Below, one piece after another: positions 45,080 through 56,400 of a stretch of 64,000 nt of DNA (position 1 is its first letter; every line of letters starts with the position of its first letter). This DNA is from Rebecca billardiae RCC1528 (taxonomy: Eukaryota > Protista > Haptophyta): NCBI GenBank assembly GCA_965240325.2, contig OZ251223.1:3472001-3536000 (forward strand), written 5' to 3'. The notes under the pieces are model-generated. The model did no database searches. It was not told the DNA's origin and saw only the letters and a program-made list of their open reading frames with translations. The position numbers were made by a program, and so were the translations under genes.

Positions 45080-47433
45080 TCATCGCAGCCGGTGCATGCT
45101 GAGGCTCGCTGGTGCGGGATCAGGGGCGCTGCTGTCGTGTCCCAGCTGGTACTTCGCGGGCTGCTCGCCCACAATATGCGCCACCTCCATCATGCCGAGA
45201 TCCTCGTGAGGCAGCACGTGGCAGTGATAGACGAGCGTGCCGTTGAAGGCCTCTGCGTGCAGCCGGATCAGCACCCACCCATGGTCGTTCGTCTTCGGGT
45301 TCCGCCGCGCGACCATGACCGTGTCAAACCACATCTCCTTGAAAAGATGCTGCGCGCATACGGGCGCCACGGCAGCAGGTCAGTCGGCGCCCCAGCAGGT
45401 GGCGCAGCACGGCGAGTTGCGAGGGCGCAGCACGCGCACGCACCGGGCTCTCCCTCAGCTGTGCGTAGTCGAATGGGTGCCCGTCGCCATCGGGGATGTG
45501 GAAGTCGACGATCTGGAAGTGCCACGTATGGACGTGGAACGAGTGCGGTGCCGCCATGTCCACGTTGCTGATGTTCCACTCCTGCACCTCCCCGAGCCGC
45601 ACTGGCGGGGGCTCGGGCAGCCGCTCCCAGCCCGGGTGCGGCCACGGCTCGAACGGCGCGTCCTCGTTGAACTGCGCGCCGTTGACGCCCATGTCGATGA
45701 TCTTGTTGCGGCCGGGGACGAACCTGCGGTGCAGGCGCTTGGCGAGCCCGGGGGTGCCAGAGGTGTTGAAGACGACCTCGTACTGACCGTCTGTCTCTCG
45801 CTCCAACAGGCTCTGCTGCGCGTAGACGCCCGCCGCGGGCAGCTTGGCCGGAGGGCGCGGGCTGTTGCTCTTGACGGGCTCGCCCTCGACCGCCATCGTC
45901 GCGAGGGGTCGCGTGTAGAACTTGATCTCGTAGCCGAGGTCGGCGGTGAGCTGGTCGACGATCGTGCAGTTCGACTGCAGCGCGTACACGCCCGGCCGCT
46001 CGCACATGACCAGGTAGTCCACGCGCACGCCGCCTGCGATGAGGCCGTACTCAGACTTGTACTCGCGCGGCGAGCGGAGGTACACGCCGTCGCGCGCGAT
46101 CATGCGCACATGGCAGCCGAGCTTGGTGGGGTCGCTGGTGCCGTTGATGGCGAGTGCGAGCGTCGATTCGCCCATGCCCGCGTTGAGCACGCGCCAGCGC
46201 TGCCACTCGCCCGGCCGCATCGAGATGGTCGGGTTGGCCTGCCCGTTGACGGTCGCGTTGCCCACCGTGTTGGCGAGCATCAGGCCCTGCTGCCAAGGGT
46301 CGTTCCAGTCGAGGCGTTGGCGCTTGCCCAGGGCGCGGAAGTACTTGTAGAAGCCGCCTGGCCAGGGCGGCGTCGGGCCGGTCACCATCTGCGAGAAGTC
46401 CGCCATGTCGTGCGCGAAGAAGCCCTGGAAGTTCTGCACGAACAGCAGCCGGTCGATCATCTCCCTCAGCGGCGGCTGCGGCTTGACGTCCTCGACGACA
46501 ATCGCGCCGCCGAGCCCGCCGTTCGTCTGCAGACCGACCGCCTGGTGGCGGTGGGGGTGGTACCAGTACGTGCCGGACGGGTGATTCTCTGGCAGCTTGT
46601 ACCGGTAGCTGAAGGCGAGTGTCCAGCGATGCGCGCGCACACGCGGGTGGGCACGCGCTGTGAGCTGCGGCGTCCGCGGCCCACGTGGCGGCCGGGCTGG
46701 CCCGCAGCGCACGGTGAGCGCTGCGCGTGCGAGGCGCGCACGTGTACGACTGCCCCGGGTCGATTGAGACGAGAATGTTGTCCGCAGGCTTCTGCGGCGA
46801 CACCCACAATCCGTGCACGTGGATGTTGGTCTGATTGGGCCGGCCCCAGTAGTCTGGGTAATCGGCCCAGTCATTCTTGTCCACGCCGAGCTGGTTGACC
46901 ACCTTGAGCACGAGCCAGTCGCCCGGCTTGACGTAGATCGTCGGGCCAGGTACCTGGCCGTTGTAGGCCCAGCCCCAGAAGCCGACCGTCCCCGTGCCCC
47001 ACGTGCCGTCCTCGCGTACCACGTTGCCCGGCAGCCGGATGAACTTGTCTGTGATGATGAGCGTGGCCTCGACTTTGCCTCGTCGGCCCCGGATCACAGA
47101 GGGCTGGCGAAGGCGCGACCCTTCCTGGCGCCAGCAGTCGTCGTAGCCGTCGCCACGACACCCCTGGGCGTCGAGGTACGCCGACGAAGGCTTGAGCGAG
47201 TCGGCAAGCGGTGTTCCCTTCCCGCGGCGGCCTCGGGCGCCAGACTGTCTGCGGCGGCCCGCTGGCTCCACATGCTGGCTGTCGAGCGCGCTGACAAGGG
47301 CGAGCAGTGTGCATGCAGTCGCCACAGCTGCAAGCACGAGCCCACGCCTCGGCGGTCGCGGCGCCTCTACTGGTCCAGATGCCCCAGGCTCCGCCCCAGA
47401 CTCCGCGGCCGCTGCCGACGACGGCGCAACCAT
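45080..47433 (-). CDS. Multicopper oxidase (three-domain, laccase/CueO-like) with N-terminal TM segment; introns 46741..46609 and 45443..45350
   Basis: All four copper motifs are present: NIHVHG, YWYHPHRH, HSFHVHTWHF, YHCHVLPHEDLGMM. Confidence 0.92.
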
Positions 47434-47677
47434 CGCCGCGAAAGTCGAGAGTGGTGAGCACTGAGCAGATCGAGCCGCCGCGCCGAAAGAAAACCGGTTG
47501 ACATCAAGCTTACCACCGCACGGAAATCCGGCCGGCTCACCGCCGTGGGTCCGGATGGGCGGCCGAATCCGGCTGCTGGCGCCAAGTTTCCGGTGCAACG
47601 CTTTTTCCGCTGCCGTGCTGATTGCCGCGCAGCAGATCCAGGGTGGCGGAAGGCGCCGCCGCCGGCAGAATAGCATC

Positions 47678-49441
47678 ATGGCAGCCTCGCTCAATGGGGG
47701 CGCTGAGCACGTGGGGCACCCCACGCCGCTTCTCGACCACCTTGCGCCGACGACATTCCGTGCGAGCTGCCGTCGTATCGCATCGCTTCTGATCTCGACC
47801 TCAGTCGTCGTGCCCACCTTGTTCTGCTTTGTGTACTACCTGGTGATGCCGCTCGTGCGCCGCTTCAGCCGGCGCGCGGCGCACGAGATCCCGGGCGGGA
47901 TAGTGAACCCCGACATGACGCCCGTGGACTTCAAGCCGTACTTCCCCATCAACAATATCGGCGAGTGGATCCTGCTCGTGCTGCTCACGTGCGCGTGCTT
48001 CTTCAACTTCTTGGTCGCGGGGTCGACCTTTGTCATCTTCATGCGGCGCCGGATGCAGCAGTGCTGCGGGTTCCCGCCGCGGTACCGCGCGGCGTCCGGA
48101 GTCACCGAGGGCCTCCTCGAGACCGCCGTCTCCGTCGTCGTGCCATGCTACCTCCCCAACGAGCAGTACCTCATCAACGAGACGATCGACCACATCCTGC
48201 ACAAGCTTCGGCACGCGGGGCAGCTCAATCTCTACATCGTGTACAACTCGCCGACGGCGCTGCCGATCGAGGAGGAGCTGCGCGCGCGCGAGCTCACGCA
48301 GGCGGGCGTGCCCCCAGGCCGCACGCTCGTCGTGCGGCGCATCGAGGGCTCCACCTCGAAGGCAGAGAACCTGAACGCCATCTTTGAGGTGATTGAGGAC
48401 CGGATCACGGCCATCTACGACGCGGACCACCACCCCGACCCGCACTCGCTCGAGCTGCTGCTGCGCAAGCTGCAGAACCACCAGGTGGACTGCGTGCAGG
48501 GCTCGACGTACATCCGCAACACGTCATCCGGCCTCATGTCGCGCGTGATCGACGCCGAGTTCTTCGTGACGTACTTCATCTACTTCATGTCCCTGCAGTT
48601 CATCGCGCGCACGGCCTTCTTCGGAGGCTCCAACGCCGTCTGGCGGACGGCGGCGCTGCAGGGCGAGAAGTTCTCCACGTCGATGCAGACGGAGGACATC
48701 GACTTCGCGGCGCGCGCCATCCTCAAGGACAAGCGCATCCGCTTCTGCCCCGAGGCGCGCTCGGGCGAGCTCGCGCCGTCCAGCATGGGCGCGCTGTACA
48801 AGCAGAGGATGCGCTGGGCGATGGGGTGGGAGCAGGTGACGCTCGAGCACCTGTCGACCGTGCGTCGCTCGGGCATCCCGTGCTCGCGTAAGATGGGCGT
48901 GCTGTACATGCTGCCGATGCGCTGGCTGCTCGCCTTTCTGTCCGTCGTGGCGGCCATCGTGACGCCCATCCTCTGTCTCGTCTTCCCGCCCCAGATCTGG
49001 CCCCTCGCGCTCGACTTTCTGTTCACGCTCGGCTTCCTCGAGTCAACGCTGCTCGTCACGTGCACGCTGCTGGAGAGCATCTACCACGAGGCGTTCGTGC
49101 AGTGCATCTTCGTCGCGGCGTTCATGGTGTGCTCGCCACTCTATCTGGCCCTGCAGGTGCTGATGCTCCTGGCCTCCCTCTATCGCATCCGCACAGGCAG
49201 CACAGGCGGTTGGGTCGTCACGGCTCGCGCAGTGGCCGGGGCGGGCGGCGGCGGCGCGCAGCCGAATGCGCCCACGTCCGGTCAGGGCGCCAGCGGGTTG
49301 GGAGCTGCGGCGGGCGCGCTTGAGGCTGGTCGGGCTCCCGGGCAGCGGCCGCTGCTCTGGCATGGCTTCGAGCGCTTCTGTGGTCCAGACGACTACGGGA
49401 CGCAGCCACGTGGCCTGGGGCCGATGCGACACACGCTGTGA
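47678..49441 (+). CDS. Processive GT2 glycan synthase (cellulose-synthase-like superfamily), intronless
   Basis: VVVPCYLPNE, SKAENLN, IYDADH, TEDID, QRMRW (D,D,D,QxxRW), flanked by TM segments. Confidence 0.9.
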   Translation: MAASLNGGAEHVGHPTPLLDHLAPTTFRASCRRIASLLISTSVVVPTLFCFVYYLVMPLVRRFSRRAAHEIPGGIVNPDMTPVDFKPYFPINNIGEWILLVLLTCACFFNFLVAGSTFVIFMRRRMQQCCGFPPRYRAASGVTEGLLETAVSVVVPCYLPNEQYLINETIDHILHKLRHAGQLNLYIVYNSPTALPIEEELRARELTQAGVPPGRTLVVRRIEGSTSKAENLNAIFEVIEDRITAIYDADHHPDPHSLELLLRKLQNHQVDCVQGSTYIRNTSSGLMSRVIDAEFFVTYFIYFMSLQFIARTAFFGGSNAVWRTAALQGEKFSTSMQTEDIDFAARAILKDKRIRFCPEARSGELAPSSMGALYKQRMRWAMGWEQVTLEHLSTVRRSGIPCSRKMGVLYMLPMRWLLAFLSVVAAIVTPILCLVFPPQIWPLALDFLFTLGFLESTLLVTCTLLESIYHEAFVQCIFVAAFMVCSPLYLALQVLMLLASLYRIRTGSTGGWVVTARAVAGAGGGGAQPNAPTSGQGASGLGAAAGALEAGRAPGQRPLLWHGFERFCGPDDYGTQPRGLGPMRHTL

Positions 49442-50121
49442 CGAGCGGCGAAACGGACGTCGGACGTGTTACCAACTGTCGCCGTACGGCATCCGGCCAT
49501 CCGGCGGCATCCCGCATCGCCATCCGCCACGCACGACTCAGTTTGCACGCGCGCATCATGTCCCACTGTCTGGCGCCAGCAATCACGGCGGGCAGCAACG
49601 ACCATCGTCCTTGTCATCATGCATCATTGAAACAAGCTTCTATAGAGTTCACGTAGCCTGACTAGAGCTAGAGAGTTCAGTCGACTACTCAGTAGCTAGA
49701 TAGACGGTGAGTGAGAGCAGCCTAAGCGGCGCGCGCCTGCCAGCGCGCGGCACGGCACGGTCGGACGGACGACTGATGATAATATTATAATAACTAATAT
49801 AAATACTACTGAATAATCTGCTGATTCATCACTGACAATCGGCGCCCGACGCCGAGAGAAATTGCTGATTGCTGATCCGTGATCCGCGGATCGAGTAGAT
49901 CGAGCGACGACGGACGAGTAGAGAGGCTCGTCGAGACGCCACATAGTCAGAGAGTCTGCCGAGTGAGATCATCGATGATGATCGTCGATCGATCGAGATC
50001 ATCTCGACGCTAAAAGCGAGCATCAGTCGAGCACGGAGCAGAGACGCGAGCCACTCGACTCTCTCGATCGACCGTGTGACGACAGCAGGCGGACGATCCG
50101 GATCACGACTATGTTATTGGA

Positions 50122-50237
<116 letters not shown>

Positions 50238-50435
50238 GACTACTACAATCTATGCGACTACATCATGACATAAATTGATGTGATGACAATGTCCGCCCCG
50301 ACGGCGACATTATGATGAAGTCGACAACAGTATATCTTCAATCTATCTAGCGATATCTAGTTACATCATGCTGCATGCACATGCACTGACTGCTCATGTC
50401 TGACTGAACTCTTCTGTGCTGATGAACTCTGAAAC

Positions 50436-53400
50436 CTATAGGTGCAGGGCTGACCGTTGGCGAATCGCCTTGGCGAGCTTGGCCGAGCTCCCTGCTTGTA
50501 CATCATCATGGTTGTCTCCAAGCGTCTTCTTGTACGTCGCATCTGCCAGCCGCTGGTAAGTCCTGCCAGCAAATTGCTGCTGCTCGGTCGTATCGGCCAT
50601 CTGTTGCACGTGCCGCGCGCGGGAATGCAGAGCGGGCGCGCAGCCGTCGGTGAGTGGCTGCGCACAGACGGTATACGCGTGGCGCGACACGCGGGCGCGC
50701 AGGGCGCCTTGCGCACCCGACGCTCGAGAGCTCGCAGCGCGATGCGGACGAAGTCTTGCTGCCTGTTGTTGTCGACCCACTTCTTGACGGCCGGGTAGAA
50801 CGTGTCATAGAGGTACTCCTTACGCTCCTCGGTGGTCACGGAGAACTCGCGGATCTCGTCCCAAAGCTCAGGCATCTGCACGCGCGAGAGGGTGCGCGCG
50901 TTGGGAGGTGTCGCGAGTGAGCTGGCGCCGAGCACAAGGGCAGGTGCGTGGGAGGGCACTCTGAGGGGGGAAAGGGGGTGGGGGGCGCCGTGGGCGCGCA
51001 CCTCATCCGCGAGCGCGTTGCCCTTCTCGGCCTCGAGGGCGATCGCCTCCTCGACGGTGAGCGAGAACATGCGGATGGCGCTCTTCTGGTCCACCACCCA
51101 CTGCATCAGCTCGCGCGCCACCTGCAGCTGCGTGCGGTGCAGCCCGATCGCCAGCGCGTCCTCCTCCAGCCGCTGCTCCTCGAGGTGCGAGTCCGCCTTG
51201 CCGGGCGGCAGCTTGGCCCGCATGCCGCGCTTCGCGCCGTGGGACGAGAGCAGCGACGAGACGATCGGGTGGTCCGGCGACTCGTTGCTGATCGCGTCGT
51301 CCAACGGCGTGTTGCCGTGGTTGTCGGTGATGTTGATGTCGATGCGCGGCACCGAGAGGAGGTAGGTGACGGATGAGATGCGCACGCACGACGCGGCGAC
51401 GTGCAGCGCTGAGCGGCCGAGCGAGTCCTGCTCGTTCGGGGAGCAGCGGAAGCGGATGAGGCGCTGCAGCATGGCCACGTCGTCCGAGCACGCCGCGTCG
51501 CACAGGTTGTGCGCCACGTCGAAGTTGCCCAGCGTCGCGCCCTGCGCGAGCAGCATCTCGGCGCACGCGTCATTCTCCGAGAGCAGCGCATCCTGCAGCG
51601 GCGTGATGCCCCAGCGGTCGCGGATGTTCACGTGCCCGCCGTGCTCGAGCAGCATCGCGCAGTTCTCGGCCTTCCCCTGCGCCGCCGCCACGTGCAGCGA
51701 GGCGCGCCCGTCCGCGTCGCAGTGGTTCACGTCCGCGCCGAAGCGGCAGAGGAACTTGAGCTCGCTGTACCCCTCCGTCTTGGCAGCGGCGGAGCACAGC
51801 TTGTCGACGAGGTCCTTGGAGCCGAGGCGCGCGCCCGCCATCCACAGCAGCTCGGCCATGCCCTCCTGCTGGTGGCGCAGCGCGTCGTTGAGCGGCGTGC
51901 CGCCGCGCTCGTCCTCGACGTTCACGTCGCCCGACAGGCTGATCAGCAGCTTGACGATCTCCTTGTGCCCGCCGCACGCGGCGAGGTGCATGGCGCGGCG
52001 GCCGTCGTGGTCGCCCAGGTTGACGTCGATGCTGGTCGACGAGAGCACGCCGCGCACGGCGCTCAGGTCGCCCGCGGCCGCGGCGGTGCACAGGCGAGAG
52101 AGGTGCAGCTGGCGCCGGCGCTCGCGCGCCTCCTCGATCACCTGGCGCGCGCGAGGCGCGGGCGGTTGGGGGCGCCAGGTTCAGGCAGGGTGCGGCGGGA
52201 GGGCGGGAGCGCGGCGGGTCCAGCGCGAGCACACCACGGGCTGCACGCCGGGCGGTGGCGGCGCGCGGCGTGGCACGCGGGCGGCCGGGCGCGCTTTCCG
52301 CAGCTCAGCACGCAGCACGCAGCAACCCGCGCGGCGGCGCGCACCTGCGTGAGCTTGTCAGCCTCCTTCTGCTCCTCCTTCCCACCGAGTGCGTCGTCCT
52401 CGTCGTCCTCGAAGAAGTCGGCCTTCTCCTCCATCTCGACCATCCACTGCTCGTCGCCGGTCCCGCTCCGCTGGTCGTTGAGCGACGAGCGGCGCGACTT
52501 GGCCGTTCGGCCCGAGGTCTTCGAGTTCTTCGAGCCGGTCGACTTGCCCGACTTGCCGCCGTTCCCTGCGCCCGCGCAGAGGGCCGAGTCGCGCGGCGGC
52601 GACGCGCGCGGGCAGGCGAGGCTTGGTCAGTGGGAACGCAGCGCGGGGCGCGCGCTCGCAGGCTTGCGCGCGCTCGCAGGCTGGCGCGGGGCGCGACGCA
52701 GGCCGCGGGGCGCACCTTCGTACGCGCGCATCGCGCTGTCCATGATGATGTCCTCGTGGTCGGGGAACGTCTTGAGCAGCGCCTTGAAGCTGTCGCGCGA
52801 GAAGGCGAAGACGACCGTCTCGGGGCCGCTCATCGTGCGCGCGTTCTTGAAGTGGCGCAGGTTGAACGTGAACGCCATGCCGCCCACGGTCGCGCCCGCG
52901 TACCGCGAGTCCACCTCCGCCTCCGCGTCGTCGTCGCCGTCGCCGTCCAGCTCCTCGTACAGCTCGACGCCGCCCGACTTGATGATGATCAGCTCGTTGC
53001 ACGCCTCGCCGATGCGGAAGACCATCGCCTCGGAGTCGATCCGGCGCTCGCGCATCTTGGAGGCCATCAGGTCCTTGAACGCCTCCGAGCACGGCTGGAG
53101 CAGCACGCTGTCGCCCACCAGGTGGCGGTTGGTGTGCAGCGAGACGTCGAGCTGCAGCGCGGTCGGCAGCAGGTCGTACACCTGGTCCGACTGCATGCTC
53201 GACAGCGACGCGTCCTTGAGCCGGTTGCGGAAGAACGCCTCGATCTGCGCCTTGAGCTCGGGCGGCACGTTGATGTGCGCGACGTACGACTGCACAATCT
53301 CGAGCTGTGCGCGCTTGGCCACGATCTCGTCGTCCTGCTTCATCACGAGCGCCGAGATCTGGCCGACCGTCCACGCGTACACGGTCATGTTGATGATCAT

Positions 53401-56400
53401 CGCGCACACAAAGTAGGCGAGCTCCGCGTAGTTCGACGGCAGCTGCGGCATGCCCAGCGTGGTGAGCATCGTCAGCACGAACCACAGGCAGAGGCCGTAG
53501 TGCGAGGCGAGTGTCGAGTTCAGGCGCGCGTCCGGAGCCTCGACCGCCACCTCGTTCGCCTCGAGCAGCTCCCACCACGTCACCGCGGGCTCCGGCGAGC
53601 TCACGTACAGGTCGGGCTTGAACGAGCACAGGTTCCAAAAGCACGCGCAGATGTGCGCCGTGTACATGAGCACGCCCAGGTAGAGGACGAGCCCGGTGCG
53701 CAGGTCGTCGTTCGGCCGCGTCTTCAGCCAGCCGAGCACCGCCTGCCGCACGTACCGCAGGTTGATCATGCGGAAGCTGCGCAGCACGAACTGGAGCGCC
53801 GAGTTCGCGCCGAGCGCCAGCGCGAAGATGTTGTGCGGCCAGCACGTGAACAAGTCGAGCAGGCACTCGGTCGAGAGGTAGTGCTGAGCGATCTGCTTCG
53901 CGCTGTACACGACCGCGCCGGACTCGTTCACGTACGAGAGGCGGAAGCGAACGACGATGCGCAGCATGTAGAGCACGTCGAGCACGATGGGCACAATCAT
54001 GAGCGCGGGCACGTTCGACGCGCGCCCGGCGAAGCAGATCTGCAGCGGCACCATCCACGCGTCGTAGCTGCAGAAGAGCACAAACGCGCGGTGGAGCCAC
54101 TTGTACGCGCTCGAGTCGTGGCGGACGATCAAGGACGGGATGTCGCTGGCTGGCTGCGCTGCGGACGGGTTGAGCTGGTGGTAGGCGTTGGCCATGCCCA
54201 GGGCGGCCGAGATCTTCAGCCAAGTGCCGCGCCAGCCGCGAGAGTTGTCCTGCCCGCTCGCCACCGGGCCTGCTGCTTGCTCGAGCCACGCGCGCGATTC
54301 CAAGCCGTCCAGCACCTGAGACCACTTGGCAATGTCCGAGCCGCCGTCCTTGGCCTTGTTCTTCTCCTCCTCCTCGCGCAGCAAGGCGCGCGGGTCCGAA
54401 TCCACCGAGCCAGAGTCATCATCCGTGGGCTGCGTCGCGTCCTCCGACACGAGGAGCCCGAGGTTGTCCCTGAACCACTGGTCGAGCTGCGCCTCACCGA
54501 CCTCGCTTGGCAGCGCGATCGCGGACGTGATGAGCCGGTGCAGCGCCTTGTGCTCGACGGGCTCCGATGGCGACACACGACCAGCCGAGATATTCAGCCG
54601 GAGGCGGTCGACGATCGCTTCTGCCACACCCGGCGACGAGAGCAGCTGCGCGGTGGCGCGCGAGCTCTCCTCCTCCGAGAGGACCAGCTGCTCGGCCTGG
54701 CCCTTGCCGGACGTCATCCGCTTCCACTTGCTCGAGCCCTTCTCCGCCGGGATCACGGCGAGCTGCGTCGCGCTCAGCCTGTTGCTGGACTCTGCAGCTG
54801 CCTCGAGTGCGCTGGTGAGCACCCACGAGACGACGCCGACATAGAACTGCACCTCGGTCAGCACCCTGTTCGGCGGGGGCTTCGGAGCCGCGGCCTCGGA
54901 CATGCGCTGCATCATGGACTTCCTCGCATTGCTCGGAGTCTGCGGCTTGGACGTCCCGCTGCTGGACGACGATTTGCTGTCATCGGAGCAGCTGGACGAG
55001 CACGACGAGTCCTCCGAATCCGAGAGTTCAACGACATCGGCACCGCCGTCCGCCGAGCCGTTGTCAGCATCCTCATCGTCGGAGTCCAGCATGGCCGCTC
55101 GCTTCGGGACCATCGCAGTGGACTGCGGCATCGAGTCCAGAGAGGCGATCGTGGCAGGTGGGCCACGAGGAGCCTCGACGATGCGAGCGTCCGGCGGAAG
55201 CTGCGAGATCTCGGCCAGCATCTCCTCGTGGTGGTCGGCGAACCGCTCCTCGCCCTGCATGTCCGCCGCAGACGCCGGCATGACCGCGGTCGTCTGCAGC
55301 GCGCGCTCGAGCAGCTGGTCCTCAGGGCCAGTCTCCGCAGCCGTCACCTCCTTGCGGTGCCGCGGGCCGACGTTCTGCCGCGTCGCCACCTCCACCTCCG
55401 CCGGAAGCAGCTGCAGCAGCAGAGACAACTTGTGCAGGCGCTGCTTCAGGTCAAGGCCGCCGTCCACCTCGAACTGCACGCCAAAGCACAGGCGGTACAC
55501 GCCGTTCGAGTCGTGCACCGGTCGCATCGACAGCAGGTTCTGGAACGTCTGCCCGTTCTTGCGGTAGTTGGTGATCTTGACGAAGCAGTCCGCGCCGCGC
55601 CGCAGCGTGTCCTGGATGATCGCCACGGACGCCGGCTCCGTGCGAGGGCCCTGCAAGAAGCGGCAGTTACGACCCTGCGCCTCGCGCTTCGAGTAGCCCG
55701 TCACGCGCCCAAACTCCTTGTTCGTGAACAACATCGGGTTGCCCGAGATCGCCATGTCCGACAGCACGATGCACGCGGGGAAGTCCTCGGCGAACGACGC
55801 GAACGAGTAGATGAAGCCCGCAAGGTCGTCCGGCACCTCGTACTTGTCCCAGATCAGCCCGCGGCTCGAGTCGATGCGGTCGATCGGCGGAACCATCGAC
55901 TCGACGAGCGAGTCGCAACCGCCAGACTTGATCCACTTCGGGAACAGCTCGCCCGTCAGCTTCGACGTCACCTCCGCCGCCTTCTTCTCGAACGAGGCGA
56001 AGTCGAGCGACCGAGCCGTGCCCGAGGACATGCCCAGGTGCTTCTCGCAGATCTGACGCATGCGCACGTCGCGCGCACGCCCGTCCATCTTCGACAGCTT
56101 CTTCGCCTCGCTGAAGAAGTCGACGAGCGAGCCCTCGTTCGTGCGCTGCAAGAACTGGCGGAACGACGCCTGCGCCTGCTCGTTCGTCATCAGCTTCTCG
56201 AGCGACTGCTCGGCGTCGAGCGTCCACTGCAGCTTGGCGAACATCACCTGCGCCTTGCGGTGCTGCTGCGCCTTCGACTGCGAGTCCACGCGCACCTCCT
56301 TCGACGCGAACGCAGCAGGCTGAGCGGCGGCCGGCATCGTGCGCGGCAGCAGCTGACGCAGCTGCGCCAGCGCAGAGCGCTCGCCCTCCGACTGCTGCTC

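Noticed and set aside
50366-52141. Ankyrin ORF as an independent gene
   Set aside because: It starts at a GTG immediately after a CAG acceptor and joins the channel exons in frame. Its stop at 50366 follows intron read-through; the probable true stop is at 50436.
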